A program made the position numbers and the translations under genes. DNA of 64,000 nucleotides, from NCBI GenBank assembly GCA_013265495.1, contig MU061538.1, positions 2,437,339 to 2,501,338 on the forward strand, given 5' to 3'. The DNA comes from Vicugna vicugna. Taxonomy: Eukaryota. The notes under the pieces are model-generated. The model had not been told where the DNA came from. It saw nothing but the letters and a program-made list of their open reading frames with translations, and did not search any database. This document shows, one piece after another, positions 11,996-23,533 of this stretch. Numbering within the stretch: position 1 is the first letter of the stretch; every line of letters starts with the position of its first letter.

Positions 11996-14900
11996 AACAA
12001 AGGGGGACACCTGTCCTGTGCCTGCACCAAAATGGCCCCCGGAACAGCCCCCGCCCCAGTCCTCCCCGCTCTCTTTTTCAGAAGCAGTAAGGCCTTGGGG
12101 AGGACAGGACGCTAGGAAGGCAGGGCGGGTCCAGGCAAGGAGACGAAGGCAGAGCCTGCCTGGATCCAGGGCCCCTGATACAGGAAACACTTCCCAGCCC
12201 CTCCTCCAGCCCCAGGTCTGGGCAGATCATTCTTCTTTATTTCTTGTACCAAAACTTACGGGCACAAGGTTCACAGGCGTGAGCGTGTGTGTTTCAATAA
12301 GTTTTCATTCACTCCCCAGAACCACCACTCCAAGTAGGTGCCACTATGACCTTTACTTTTCCCTCAAGGAAACTGCAGGGATAAAAGTTTCAATGAGGTG
12401 CTCAAATCCCACAGCGAGGACGGGGAGAGTCCTGGAGGACACGGCACCATCTCTGGCACCCGCCCACCTCCATCCACCTTCCTTCCCTCTCTGCCCCCCC
12501 GGCCCACTGCCCCGCTGTGGTTCAGATCCTGCGTGTGCCACGGAAGAGGAACGGACATGAAGGTGGCCGGGGACTTCCACAGACCTCGGATCATCCCGCC
12601 CAGCCTTACTCTCCGCAAAGCCAACGGCCGGGCCGTCCGGCAGCCCGGGAGAGACCTTCCCACGTGCACCCGGCACTGACCAAAACGGCTGTCAATTCGG
12701 CTCCTGAGATGCGGTCAGTGGAGAAAAAAGAGGCTTTTCCACCACAATCCTCCGATATTAACTGAAGAATCTGTAGCCGTGAGTGGTCGAATGTCTTAGG
12801 TAAATCGTATTTTATCATCCCTGTAATGGTTTTTAATGTCCTTAGCTACATTTTTCTTCCTGGTATTTTGCCAAAGTGGGTCCTTCTGTTAATAACACTC
12901 ACAAGAAAGTTAAACATGATTGAGATTCTGAAGTTGGAATTTTAATTGGCTGGTGACTGAACTACCAGCCGAGATTTGCCACAGTTTGTGTTTAGGAAGC
13001 GTTTCCTCAAAGCACTGACTCCATCTTGTCCTCCCCTGAGAGTCAGAACCCCTCACCACAAAGCAAAATTGCAGTCCCAAAATTACACGTAACATTTCTT
13101 TCATACGTTGGCTTTGGCTTTGCAATTATAAGATGAAAATGTTTCCTCTTGGGATGCACTGCAGAAAAGCCCATTATACTGCACATTTTCAAGGAAAACC
13201 CTAACAGAGCAGCAGTCACCTTAATCAGCCTGAGCTGTTCTGCATAATGACTTCTTAATACCAGTGAAAACGTATTTTAAAACTCATGGATATCAAAAAT
13301 AATTTGTATCAGGAAATTAGGTCTCACGTTTCTGTGGATTTTTTTTTGAAGAGGAGGGTTAATTAACTGTAAATTATAAACAGCACTCAGAACAGTTACT
13401 ATGCCCAACTGCAGCAAGTTATTAATTATTCTTGGTTCTACTGTTCAAAGAACAAGAGCCTGCCTTTCGACTTGTCCAGATACTCCCTGACGAGGGAGAA
13501 ACGGCTCGAGAACTCAGTGTGGATGAGGGGCTGGGGCGGCGTGGTTGCCACGGGTACAGTCAGAGGATGCTGCCAGGCTGCCTTCTGGGACGGAAGGACT
13601 GAGCTCAGGGCTGAGCCACTCCACCAGCACCCGTGTCCCCACCCGCCTGCACCCCCTGAACTTTCTGGGGCTGCTGCCGCGGCCTCGAGCTACACCCACT
13701 CAGGGCACTGGACTGACGAGGGGACGAGAGCCTTACTCTGCTCCCAGCCCGGGCTGCGGGCCTGGGTGGACAGCTCCTTCTCCAGCACAGGCTGTGCTCG
13801 TGACGATGAGGGAGGAGCGAGACGTGGTGGTGGTGGCTCTGTGGAGAAGCTCCCCATCCCACGCCTTCCTTTAAAAACAGCCGCGGGGGGTGGGGTGGTG
13901 TGTGGACTGTCCCAGGGGAGAGCTCCACGGGTTTAACTCGAGGACAACCCTGGTAAATTCGCAAATGACGGCTGGTCTCAGCCCCCACTTGGCGCCACTG
14001 AGGCACAGGGGCCGCCTCTGTGCTCCGGTGAGTAACAGAGTGAGAGGCGCCCCGGGCCCCTGTGGACACCCGCGGACAGCATCACATCGGGCTACCGAGT
14101 AATGACACGCGCTCCGTACAGGCCGCACTGACTCCTGTTTCGGGCCTTTAGAAACCCAACAGTTGAGTTTCAGTTCTCCAGCGTTCGGAGGTAGCGTACG
14201 GTTTGGAGTCTGGGCAGGACTGGAGGAGGGGGAGGCCCCGACCGAGGCAGTGAGCCAGGTCGTCTCTGGGGAGGCCTCCTAGCTCCTGCCCCGGAGCTGC
14301 TCACATCCATGGAGAACACCTCCCCCCCCAGACTGGAGGGGAAACCGCCCACACGGTGCGGGGCGCACAGTGAGACCCGATGGATGAGGTGACCAGGGCG
14401 AAGGTGGGGGCCTGTCCCCTGGGGCCACACCCGTCCACAGGCCTTTCCCTGCCTTTGACGTGGACCTACAGACGCCTCAGCTCTCCAGGCCCCGGACTGC
14501 CCACGACTGGAGCAGCCCCCACAGCACACCAGCCTCCAAAAGCGCCCTGCAAACAGGAAGTCCTCAGCAAGTGCGAGAATCACCAGTGCCGGCGGGACAG
14601 CTCCAAAGTACCCCAACGGCCACGTTCACCCAGGGTTCACCAGGAGCCAGGCCGCACTGCCCTCACCCCAGCACCTGCCCCGCGGAGAGGCTGGCGCGCC
14701 CCGGTGCGGCTGGCGTCCGGCCGCTGCGCTGTCGGGAGGCCCCCATCCACCCGCATGCCAGCCAGGAGTGAGGGGAACCATGGCAGGGCCGCCAGAAGCC
14801 CCCAGTCTGACAGACTCCTGACAGCATTTCCTAACCGTGAACCCCCCAGACAAAGCCTTCGGTTAGAGAGACCCTGGGCCTCAGACGAGGGAGCGTCTCA

Positions 14901-15019
14901 GCTCCCTGCAGCGAGAAGTCGGGGAGCCAGGCTGGCCGCCCCGCACGCCAGGCTCTTGCAGTGCGCGGATTCGCGGTGCGGATTCCAGATGCAGACGGGT
15001 CCTGCCGCCAGACTCTGCC

Positions 15020-15315
15020 TCCCTGTGCTGTACAGTAGGACCCTGCTGTTTCTCTGTTTTATATATAGCAGTTTGTATCTGCTAAACCCAAACTCCTAAT
15101 TTATCCCACCCCCACATTTCCCCTTTGGTAACCATAACTTTGTTTCCTATGTCTGTGAGTCTGTTTCTGTTTTGTAAATAAGTTCATCTGCGTCATATTT
15201 TTAGATTTCACGTATAAGTGATACCATATTTCACTAAGTATGATAATCTCCAGGTCCAACCATGTTGCTGCAAATGGCATTATTTCATTCTTTTTAATGG
15301 CTGAGCAATATTCCA

Positions 15316-15348
<33 letters not shown>

Positions 15349-15870
15349 TGTATCACATCTTCTTATCCTGTCCAGTCTGCTGATGGACACGTAGGTTGCT
15401 TCCAGTCTTGGCTACTGTAAATAGTGCTGTTTGAACACAGGGGTGTATGTATTTTTTTGAATTAGTTTTTACCTTTTATGGATAAGCTCTAGCGTGAGAT
15501 TGCTGGATCATATGGTAAGCCTATTTTCAGTTTTTCAAAGAACCTCCATACTATTTTCCATGGTGGCTGCACCAATTTGCATTCCCCCCAGCAGTGTGGG
15601 AGGGTTCCCCTTTCTCCACAGCCTCTCCAGGATTTATCGTTTGTGGACTTTTGAACGATGGCCATTCTGACTGGTGTGAGGTGATACCTCATCGTAGCTT
15701 TGATTTGCATTTCTCTGACAATTAGTGATTTTGAGCATTTTTCATGTGCCCATTGGCCACTGTATGTCCTCACTGGAGAAACGCCTGTTGAGGTCTCCTG
15801 CCTGTCTCTGGACGGGGCAGGCTGGTGTTTGTAACTGAGCTGTTGGAGCTGGTGCAGTGCAGAGCCCTCT
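15020..15870 (-). mobile_element. L1 fragment: C-terminal ORF2 plus part of the 3' UTR, frameshifted, terminal ~170 nt absent
   Basis: ORF 15489..15773(-) [22 protein letters not shown]...[14 protein letters not shown] and ORF 15101..15316(-) MEYCSAIKKNEIMPFAATWLDLEIIILSE are typical L1 ORF2 C-terminal sequence. Confidence 0.95.
15318..15347. repeat. (GT)15 microsatellite inside the L1
   Basis: Seen directly. Confidence 0.95.
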
Positions 15871-17250
15871 CCTCATGTCTCCACCGTGCTCCCTCCCGTC
15901 CCTGCCCGCACGGCGCTCCTCGTGTAAGAGAGAAGGTCTCCAGACACTCTCAACAGGAAGTGCTCCCCCTGGAGCTTCTGGGGGACCCCAAACCCTATAG
16001 AGCGGAGAGCCTCCAGGTGATTTTTCAAAGTTGTGCCTTTGGAACTTGGAGGGGAGGTGCCTTCCCATGAAGAGAGGATCCAGCTCAGCACGCCCCCTGG
16101 TCCTGCTCAGACCCCGGCCTACAGCCTGCTCTCTGGATGCTCTCAGACCCGCTCAGGAGTGCCTGGGCTCACCCCAACCCAGCTGCTGCTTCTCTGACAA
16201 ATGCTGCAGGAAGGACTAAATTCACAGCGAGCCAACACCCTGACTCTGGCACTGATGGGCCTGCTGTCCCCTGAGCTTCGCCACAATCCAGTGGGACGGG
16301 CAGGGCAGGTGTTCTCAGCCCCGCCCTACTGCTGACCGGATGCCCACCTTGTGCCTGATACTACAGCCACCCCACAGTATCCTAGCGACCACGGGGCTGC
16401 TTCTCACAGAGGAGGACGCACAGGGACACCAGCAGCTCGCTGGAAGGGAGTGCCAGAGCCGTGACCGGACTCCAGCGCCCAGGAGATGGACTGGAGACCT
16501 CTGTGAGGAGGGACTGGGTCGTTCACCCAGATCGCGGGTCAGCAGCGGGCAGGGCTGGCTTGGTGTCAGATCCTGGTCTACTGCGCTTCCCACAGCGCGG
16601 CCAGGCCTGGCCAGCCAGAGGACGAGCCTCCGGCCCGTGTCCGGTGCTCGCCCTGTGCAGTCTGGTGGCTCAGGCTGCGGGCCAGCATTTGGGGACGCCA
16701 TCTGCCTGGGTCATGCCAGCATTACAGACTGTCATCTCTTAATGAGGCAGGACGCAGGTCAAAATAGAATGCAGTCATGAGATCACTCCTAAACAAAACG
16801 GCCCTGTGGGCCCTCACTGTTCATTAGCGCCTGTCTCCTACACCTCCGCTGCTATACATACTGGGGGAGTCAAAGCGCCCTGGGAAATCCAGGTCCTGGG
16901 AAATTGCAGAAGACATAAATAAGATGCCTGATGGATCTGTACTCAGAAATAAATGGCCTCATTCTAAATACAGAAAGTCTTATTTATTCCTGTGTGCCTC
17001 TGCTGCCTTTTTCCTGCCACTAAATATTTTATCCGAGGTGCCGAGAGCAGAATTAAATGGGGAGTTAAAAAAGAAATCAGCGAACATCAAGCCAAGAGGC
17101 AAATTACCTCGCCGGTGGCGGCCTCTCTGGCTCATCTGCGCGTGGGATGTGCGGATTACTCACCACAAGCTTCCCAGCACCCTCCCAGCCACCCGCCAAC
17201 GTCTGCACATCAGGACCCGGCACAGGGACCCGTGTCCGACGTGCCCAGGC

Positions 17251-17269
17251 TGGCCACCAGGGGGCAGCA
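17251..17269 (+). promoter_or_regulatory. Strong CTCF motif
   Basis: TGGCCACCAGGGGGCAGCA matches the CTCF core consensus TGGCCACCAGGGGGCGCTA at 16 of 19 positions. Occupancy unknown. Confidence 0.65.
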
Positions 17270-17469
17270 TCCCTCCCCCGTCCTCAGGGAGGAAGAAATG
17301 AGTCAGTCTGATTTTCTGTTCCATGGCAGAGACCGCTCAGATGTTCATTATAACCTTGCTGGCTGCTAATTTGCAGCTTCTCCAAACACTCAGGTAGACT
17401 GCCTTCAATCTCCTTTTTCATACTAGGGGAGAGAAGACAACAAACGCGTCTCCTGGTGGCTGGAGACTT

Positions 17470-17676
17470 NNNNNNNNNNNNNNNNNNNNNNNNNNNNNNN
17501 NNNNNNNNNNNNNNNNNNNNNNNNNNNNNNNNNNNNNNNNNNNNNNNNNNNNNNNNNNNNNNNNNNNNNNNNNNNNNNNNNNNNNNNNNNNNNNNNNNNN
17601 NNNNNNNNNNNNNNNNNNNNNNNNNNNNNNNNNNNNNNNNNNNNNNNNNNNNNNNNNNNNNNNNNNNNNNNNNNNN
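17470..17676. other. Assembly gap (207 N)
   Basis: Run of N seen directly. Confidence 1.
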
Positions 17677-18002
17677 CTAAAACAATTATGCAGATGAGCT
17701 TATTTACCAAATAGAAACAGACTCAGACATAGAAAACAAAGTTACGGTTACCAGGGGGAAAGGTGGAGAGAGGGATAAATTAGGAGTCTGGGATGAGCAG
17801 ACAGTAGTTACTATATATAAAATAGATGAACAAGGTCCTACTGTACAGCACAGGGAACTCTATTCAATACGTTGCAGTAACCTATAATGAAGAAGAAAAT
17901 GAAAAGGAATGTATGTCTGTACACGTATGACTGAAACATCGTGCTCTGCACCAGAAACTGACACAACATTGTAAACTGACTACTTCCAAAAAAAAAAAAA
18001 AA
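17677..18002 (+). mobile_element. L1 3' UTR with poly(A) tail (artiodactyl/camelid type); 5' part lost in the gap
   Basis: gcagatgagcttatttaccaaatagaaacagactc...acaacattgtaaactgactacttcc followed by an A-run. Confidence 0.93.
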
Positions 18003-18224
18003 TTAAGAAGCTACTCTTGCCAGGGGCGCCCAAGACCTTTGATGACTCACTGCAAATCCATCTGCCGCTTAAATGCAACCCGGCCACAGTCCTGGTCATT
18101 CTCCTGTGTGAAGGGCAGTGTTTTAGGGCCCCAGTGATGCCAGAAGGAGACAGTGATGCTGAGTGCAAGCAAAGTCCTCACACTTCTGTTAAAGTGGGTA
18201 TCTGAACAGCTTACCTGGAATCTA

Positions 18225-18302
18225 CCTCTCTGTCTTTCTCCTTCTCTCTGCCTTTGTCTCTGTGTCTCTGTCTCTCCCACCTCTCTGTCTCTCACTGTGT
18301 CC
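18225..18302. repeat. TC/TG-rich pyrimidine low-complexity tract
   Basis: ctctctgtctttctccttctctctgcctttgtctctgtgtctctgtctctccc... seen directly. Confidence 0.8.
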
Positions 18303-21300
18303 CTCCCCCAACCCCCTCCCATCTCTGGCTGAGTGTCATCTGTTTTAACATCATCTGCTTTGGCAGGTCTCAGAGCAGAGAAACTCAGTTCCTCTTGCCC
18401 GTCCCTGCATCACCTGAGTCCAAGTCAGCAAAGGCCCGTCACCCCGGGAAGGCCATCTCCCCGACAGCCTGAAAGGGCTCTTTCACATAGTTTTCAGTCC
18501 CCCCTTCAGCTCTGTGTTCCCTTAATGCCGACTCTCCCAGACTCAGCTCAGTGCTGCTGAAGTGACTGCATAAACTCCAGCTCACAGAAAGAGCCCCGCA
18601 GCGCAGCGTCCCGGACGTGACACGGCGCAGCCTGAGCCGGGGGCGCAGCGCAACAGTCCCAGCGGGTGCGAAAGCGCGGCCTCGCCCGTCCCCCGCAGAT
18701 CTCAGCCGCAACTGCGCACGACCGTTTCTCGTCTCTGGCTTTTATTCTCTGAAGCTGCGTGGCCATCAGAGCGTGGTACATTACGCTCCCTGAAGAGTCC
18801 AAAAAAACCTTCGTTTGGGCCAGGAACACGGGGTGCTTCCGGCTCGGGCGTTTGGGGAGGAGTCGCCCAGCCCTGAGGTCTGTGCCTCTGTCCCTCAGTT
18901 CCGGGCTCCCTTGACCCCAACACCCTTCAGGAGTCAGAGCCTCCTGAACACAAGGCGGGCAGAGGGCCGGGGTGGGATGCGGACTGTCTGAGGGGAAGCA
19001 GCCGGCCCCGCCCGGCACACGGGAGGACAGCATCGCTCATCAGAACCAGGAGGGGAGGCCCGGAATATTCCCTGACCTCCTCCTTTGTGTCGGTCCCCAT
19101 GCCCAGTGGTGTCATCATGTGGCGGGACAGCCAGAGTCTCTAGCTATCAGCTTCTCCCCAGCTATTTCATAAGCCTCCCCATTAGGACAAGCTTAACACT
19201 GCTGGGTCACATCCCCCAGGATCTCAACCTGCAAGTGTGCAGTGAGTGACAGACGGAAGCTGAAGAGGACTGGGAACCCGTGCTGCTCATATCATGAGAA
19301 AGAAATTTGGGAAAAAAATTTAAGGAATTAGCTCTTGAATTAATGGATTAGTGGCTGGTTGGTTTTCATACTTTCATGCTTCTACAGTCTTACATCAGAG
19401 TAGATGGTCCTGCCAAAGTGTCTCAATGGTGTTGAAGATCTGTACTACATAATTAGAGCGTATTATGTACCATCTTGGGCGCGTGGTCCAGAATCAAGAA
19501 TTTTTTTACGTGCAGTTCCTCACACTCCCCACGTCTGTGTAGAGACACGGCCGGGGGATTTGTCGCGGGAGAGGATTAACGGTGAGCAGAAACCGGGCGA
19601 TGGGGACGTGAGGACGTCGGAGATGATGAAGACAGTCTGAGCCAGACACTTAAAGGAGCCGCAGACCTCAGGCTGCCCAGCAGAGGCGCGGAACCACGCC
19701 CTCCGGCGGTCTGGCAGTTTTGTCCCGAGGGCTGGGCAGAGCGTGCTTCCTTCAAGAAGTGACCCTGTAACCTCCTGGAAGGTCAGGCACCTTCCCAGCA
19801 ACATCTGCTTAAAATCCCAACATGCTCCAGACTCAGCATCCACACAGCTGTTTGATTTTCTATTAATAAAGCAAGTGCCAGATGCACAAATTCCTGCAAA
19901 AAGAACAAGGTGCTGGATGGATGTTTTTCCACCGAGAGCGGCAAGGTCATCTCCTCTTTGGGTATGGCTGGCACCCGGGAGCTCCAAGGCTCAGGGGCCG
20001 TTTCCCATTGAACGGACGAGCCTTGGTCTTGGAGTAAAGCCCCGTGTAGACGGAGGGGCTGACTCAGGGGCCTGTGCCCAGAGGGAGCGGGTGCCCTGCC
20101 TCCTGGGGGACGCTGGGCCCTGCGACTCGGGGGCTTAGAGTCACAAGTTGTGCGGTGGGGACACTGGGCTTGCGTGCTAACCTCCGCCCGGTGCAGGAGT
20201 CACTCCAGGACAACACGACACAGTGACCCCGACCCCCTCTGCTTGGCCTTCTCAGGACCGCCTCTCCTGCAGCGGGGAGGCTAAGACGCGAGGCGGACCT
20301 GCAGCCCACGCCCCGGCCCGCCCTTCCAGCCTCGGCCCCGGTTCACAGAGTCAGAGACAGGAGCACGCCTTCCCCAGGGCACGTCGTCCAGGTGGCTCTG
20401 AGGTACAGAAGCCGGGCTGTCACTTCACCCCCGCCCCTTTCCAAGGGCAGCCTTTCGCAAAGAGAAAAGCCATATCAAAAAGGCAAGTTTAATCGAAAGA
20501 AAGAAGAGGGGGTAAAAGAGAGAGGCAGGCTGGGGGCAGGGAGGAGGCGTACCAGAGGCACGGGGTGCACTTCTCCCCAGCGCGCAGGGTCCCGTGTGAG
20601 CAGCAGAAGGGAGGAGACAGGGCTGCCCTGGGCTGTGCCCCACCCCCGCTTTACTGCCGCAAATCTGAGGGCAGGGAGGTGCTTCACTGCAAAGTCCCCT
20701 GTGCGATGCAGACTTCACGGTGCAGGCCCAGCACAGACGTTAAGCATGAAGTGCAGCCGGAGGGGAGAGCAGCCTCGCCTGGTCCGTCCCACGGTGTCTC
20801 GGAGCAGGGAGAAGAGACCCAGGCCCAGAGAGGGTAGGAAGCGGGCTCAGTGGCGAGAGGGCAGAAGCCGGCCCGGCCTCGGCGCTGCAGGCAGAGCTGC
20901 TTCGAGCACCTGTGAGCACGGAGCCTGACCTTTCCTCCAAGTGTTTGCGGCCTCATTTCAGCAGAAGTGTTAGCAAAGCTCTCGATGCAAAAGGTCTCAC
21001 ATCCTTACGTGACTTAAGGAGACAGAAAAGACTAAAAGGAACTGAAGTTCCCAAGGGCACTGGGACGTCAGCCTCAAATACCCAAAGTTCATTAAGGCTC
21101 TGTAACGAAAAGATGAAGATGTGTTTGTCTTAGTCTCACAATCGATGCATAATTAAAAGCTTTAACAATATAACCACGGAGCATCATGTATTATTTATCA
21201 GAATCTCTCAGGATTAGGTGGTTAATCGTGAGAAACCTCCCTCAGGACCAGTGGGAACTCTCCGCTCGCGTTTAGGCAGCGTTCTCCCTGCAGACGTCTC

Positions 21301-23182
21301 ATTTCTGATTTCACAGGTCCAGGCAGGCTCTCCCCTCACACAAGTAAGATCATCGGTTCCCTTTCGGAGACGCTGACCACCCCGCACCGGAGAATCAAAC
21401 GCAGAATCTGCTGCGGACCCTGAGGACCGGGGCCTGCCGTGCACCGTTTCAGTGTCACACGAGGCCGCTGCAGTGGGCCTGGCTGTCCCGCAGTCTCCCC
21501 CCTGCAGTCGGGGGCTGCTCACCGGGAAGCACGTCCGTTCACACAGGGACTCCGAGGAGACGCCCAGGAGGAGGGAGCACGTGACACTGACCGGCCTTCC
21601 CGTGGCAGCAGCAGCCCCACAAGCCGGTGATGGGGGGGAGTCCCCCACTCCCAGCCACTGAGCAGGAGATAACGTGAGCTTGCAAGGACAGGAAGTTTCG
21701 GACCCCAGCTGTTTCTCAGACGGGCCAGCGCGGGCACGTGGCGTTTCTATCTGCAGCAGCTCCCGACACCACGTGTGCTCCGGGCAGACGGCGCGCCCTC
21801 AGCCGGGCCCCACCCCTCCCAGCGCCGGGCGGCGGGGGCAGCACTGAAGCCTCACTGGGCCCCCACACCCAGCTCCCTCCGCGGCCCCCGCTCTCTGGCT
21901 GCCCCTCAAGCTTCCCATCGGTTCTGAGGGACCCACCACCCCTGCAGCAAACTCCTCTTCTGCTGAGACCCCAGGCTGGGGTCTGCTGCCTGGATGCGGC
22001 GTCTTTAGTGTTGCTTCTCTGGCAGGTCCGGTTCCCCCTGCTCCGGACGGCGGCTGGGGCGGCGCTTCCCGGCCCTGGTGACCAGCTCTGGAGGACGAGC
22101 TGTGAGCAGGAGAGCCTGCCCAGTCAGTTCCAGGCCAGAGAGCGTGCCCCAGAACAGAGCGCCCCCTTCTCCACCAGCACGCTGGCTGGCCCTGCCTGAG
22201 GCCCTGGGCCGCCCCGGGGAGCAGACCCTGGCGGGGGGCAGCTTCTCCTCACGCTGAAGCACTTCGTGGTGCCTGATTTGCTTTGTGTTCGTTATTCACA
22301 GCCTGACCGCCGCGCCCTTCCTGCCTCCCCGACCAGGCTAATTGCAGCCCAAGGAGGAGGATGCCAGGCTGCAAAGCAAGGTCACGAGCTCGGTCCTTAG
22401 CTCTGAACTTGACGGAAAGTTCCAGGTCAAATTTCTGGTATCTGTTTCCATCAGCAGGGCCCCCGCCGCCCTCCTGGACATCCCCGACTGCCATCGAGCG
22501 TTCTACAGAGGAACGCCGTTCCTCCCTCAGCCTGCTCGGTGGTCTCACCCCAGCTTTGTCTGCACCACCTTCAGTCGAGAGCTGTCAGAGCGACACCCAG
22601 AGACTGACTAGGATGACGCCTGGTCCCCACAGCCGAACAGTCCGTCTATCGTGTGGCTGAAACCCAGCTCTCACCATGTGTGCCCAGGGCGCAGAGGCAG
22701 TGAGACAGAACGCTGACCAAAGACCAAAGCAACCGGCCATCAGGAGGCGGTGAAGGTAAGTACGGGAAACAAGGAGCCACGAAGAGGACGACTACAGGCA
22801 AGACGTCTCTGCGAGTTTCTCTCGGGAGAAACCCAAGATCACCCGCATGGCCCTTAGCCTGCACCCAGTGGTGCGCTCCGGGGACGCCATGCTTGCAGGT
22901 GCCCGGGTCCGGCCTTCCCATAAAGACACCTCTGCCCACTTCGTGGCAGACGCTCGCTCTGTGCTGGGCACACGGCCACCTGAGACTCGGCCGCGTCCGA
23001 CAGCAGGGTGGGCAGGCAGGAGCTTTATCCTCAGAGAACATCTCACCTCCACGCGCTGACACGGAATGGCGCGGATGGCAAGTTCACGCGGCGCTGCCTC
23101 CTGGCGCCTGCGCTCTCACGGCTACGATTTTGTCTGACCCCCCACCCCCCGTGATTCTCCGGGAAGGTGCCTGAGCTCTGCC

Positions 23183-23298
23183 TTTTCAGATGAGGAACCT
23201 GAGGTCAGACAAGGTACGTGACTTTCTCAGGGTCCGCGGGCCCTAAGCGGCAGTGCAGGACTCAAACTCAGGCCGCTGGGCTCTCAAATCTGCGCCCT
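23183..23298 (-). mobile_element. MIR SINE remnant
   Basis: ttttcagatgaggaacctgaggtcagacaagg...ggactcaaactcagg. Confidence 0.75.
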
Positions 23299-23430
23299 GA
23301 GGGGTGTGTTTCACGGAGCTGGGTGTGTCGAAGGCTGAGTGCCCAGCAGGCCGCGCCAAGGTGATGGACGGTCCACTAACACCTGAGCCCCGATCAAGCC
23401 GATCTGTGGAAAGTGAATGCAGCTTTCGTG

Positions 23431-23533
23431 CACACAGTGGGCAGGTGGTTAGGAGGTCAGGTCTGGAACCACTTACTGGCTATGCGACCACAGGAAAGTC
23501 ACTTAACGACGCTGAGCCAAGTCTCCACAGCTG
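23431..23533 (+). mobile_element. MIR SINE remnant
   Basis: ccacttactggctatgcgaccacaggaaagtcacttaac...ctgagcc resembles the MIR core. Confidence 0.6.

Noticed and set aside
14380-15099. 239-aa ORF on plus
   Set aside because: Pro/Arg/Ala/Gly-rich low-information sequence ending in antisense L1 3' UTR, with no domain.
15489-15773. Protein-like ORF as a possible host gene
   Set aside because: It is a frameshifted L1 ORF2 C-terminal fragment.
4610-15870. Hypothesis that the L1 pieces at 4610-4790 and 15020-15870 are one element split by a 10-kb insertion (they are collinear and nearly complementary)
   Set aside because: The 4610-4790 piece has its own TSD on both sides, so it is an independent insertion.
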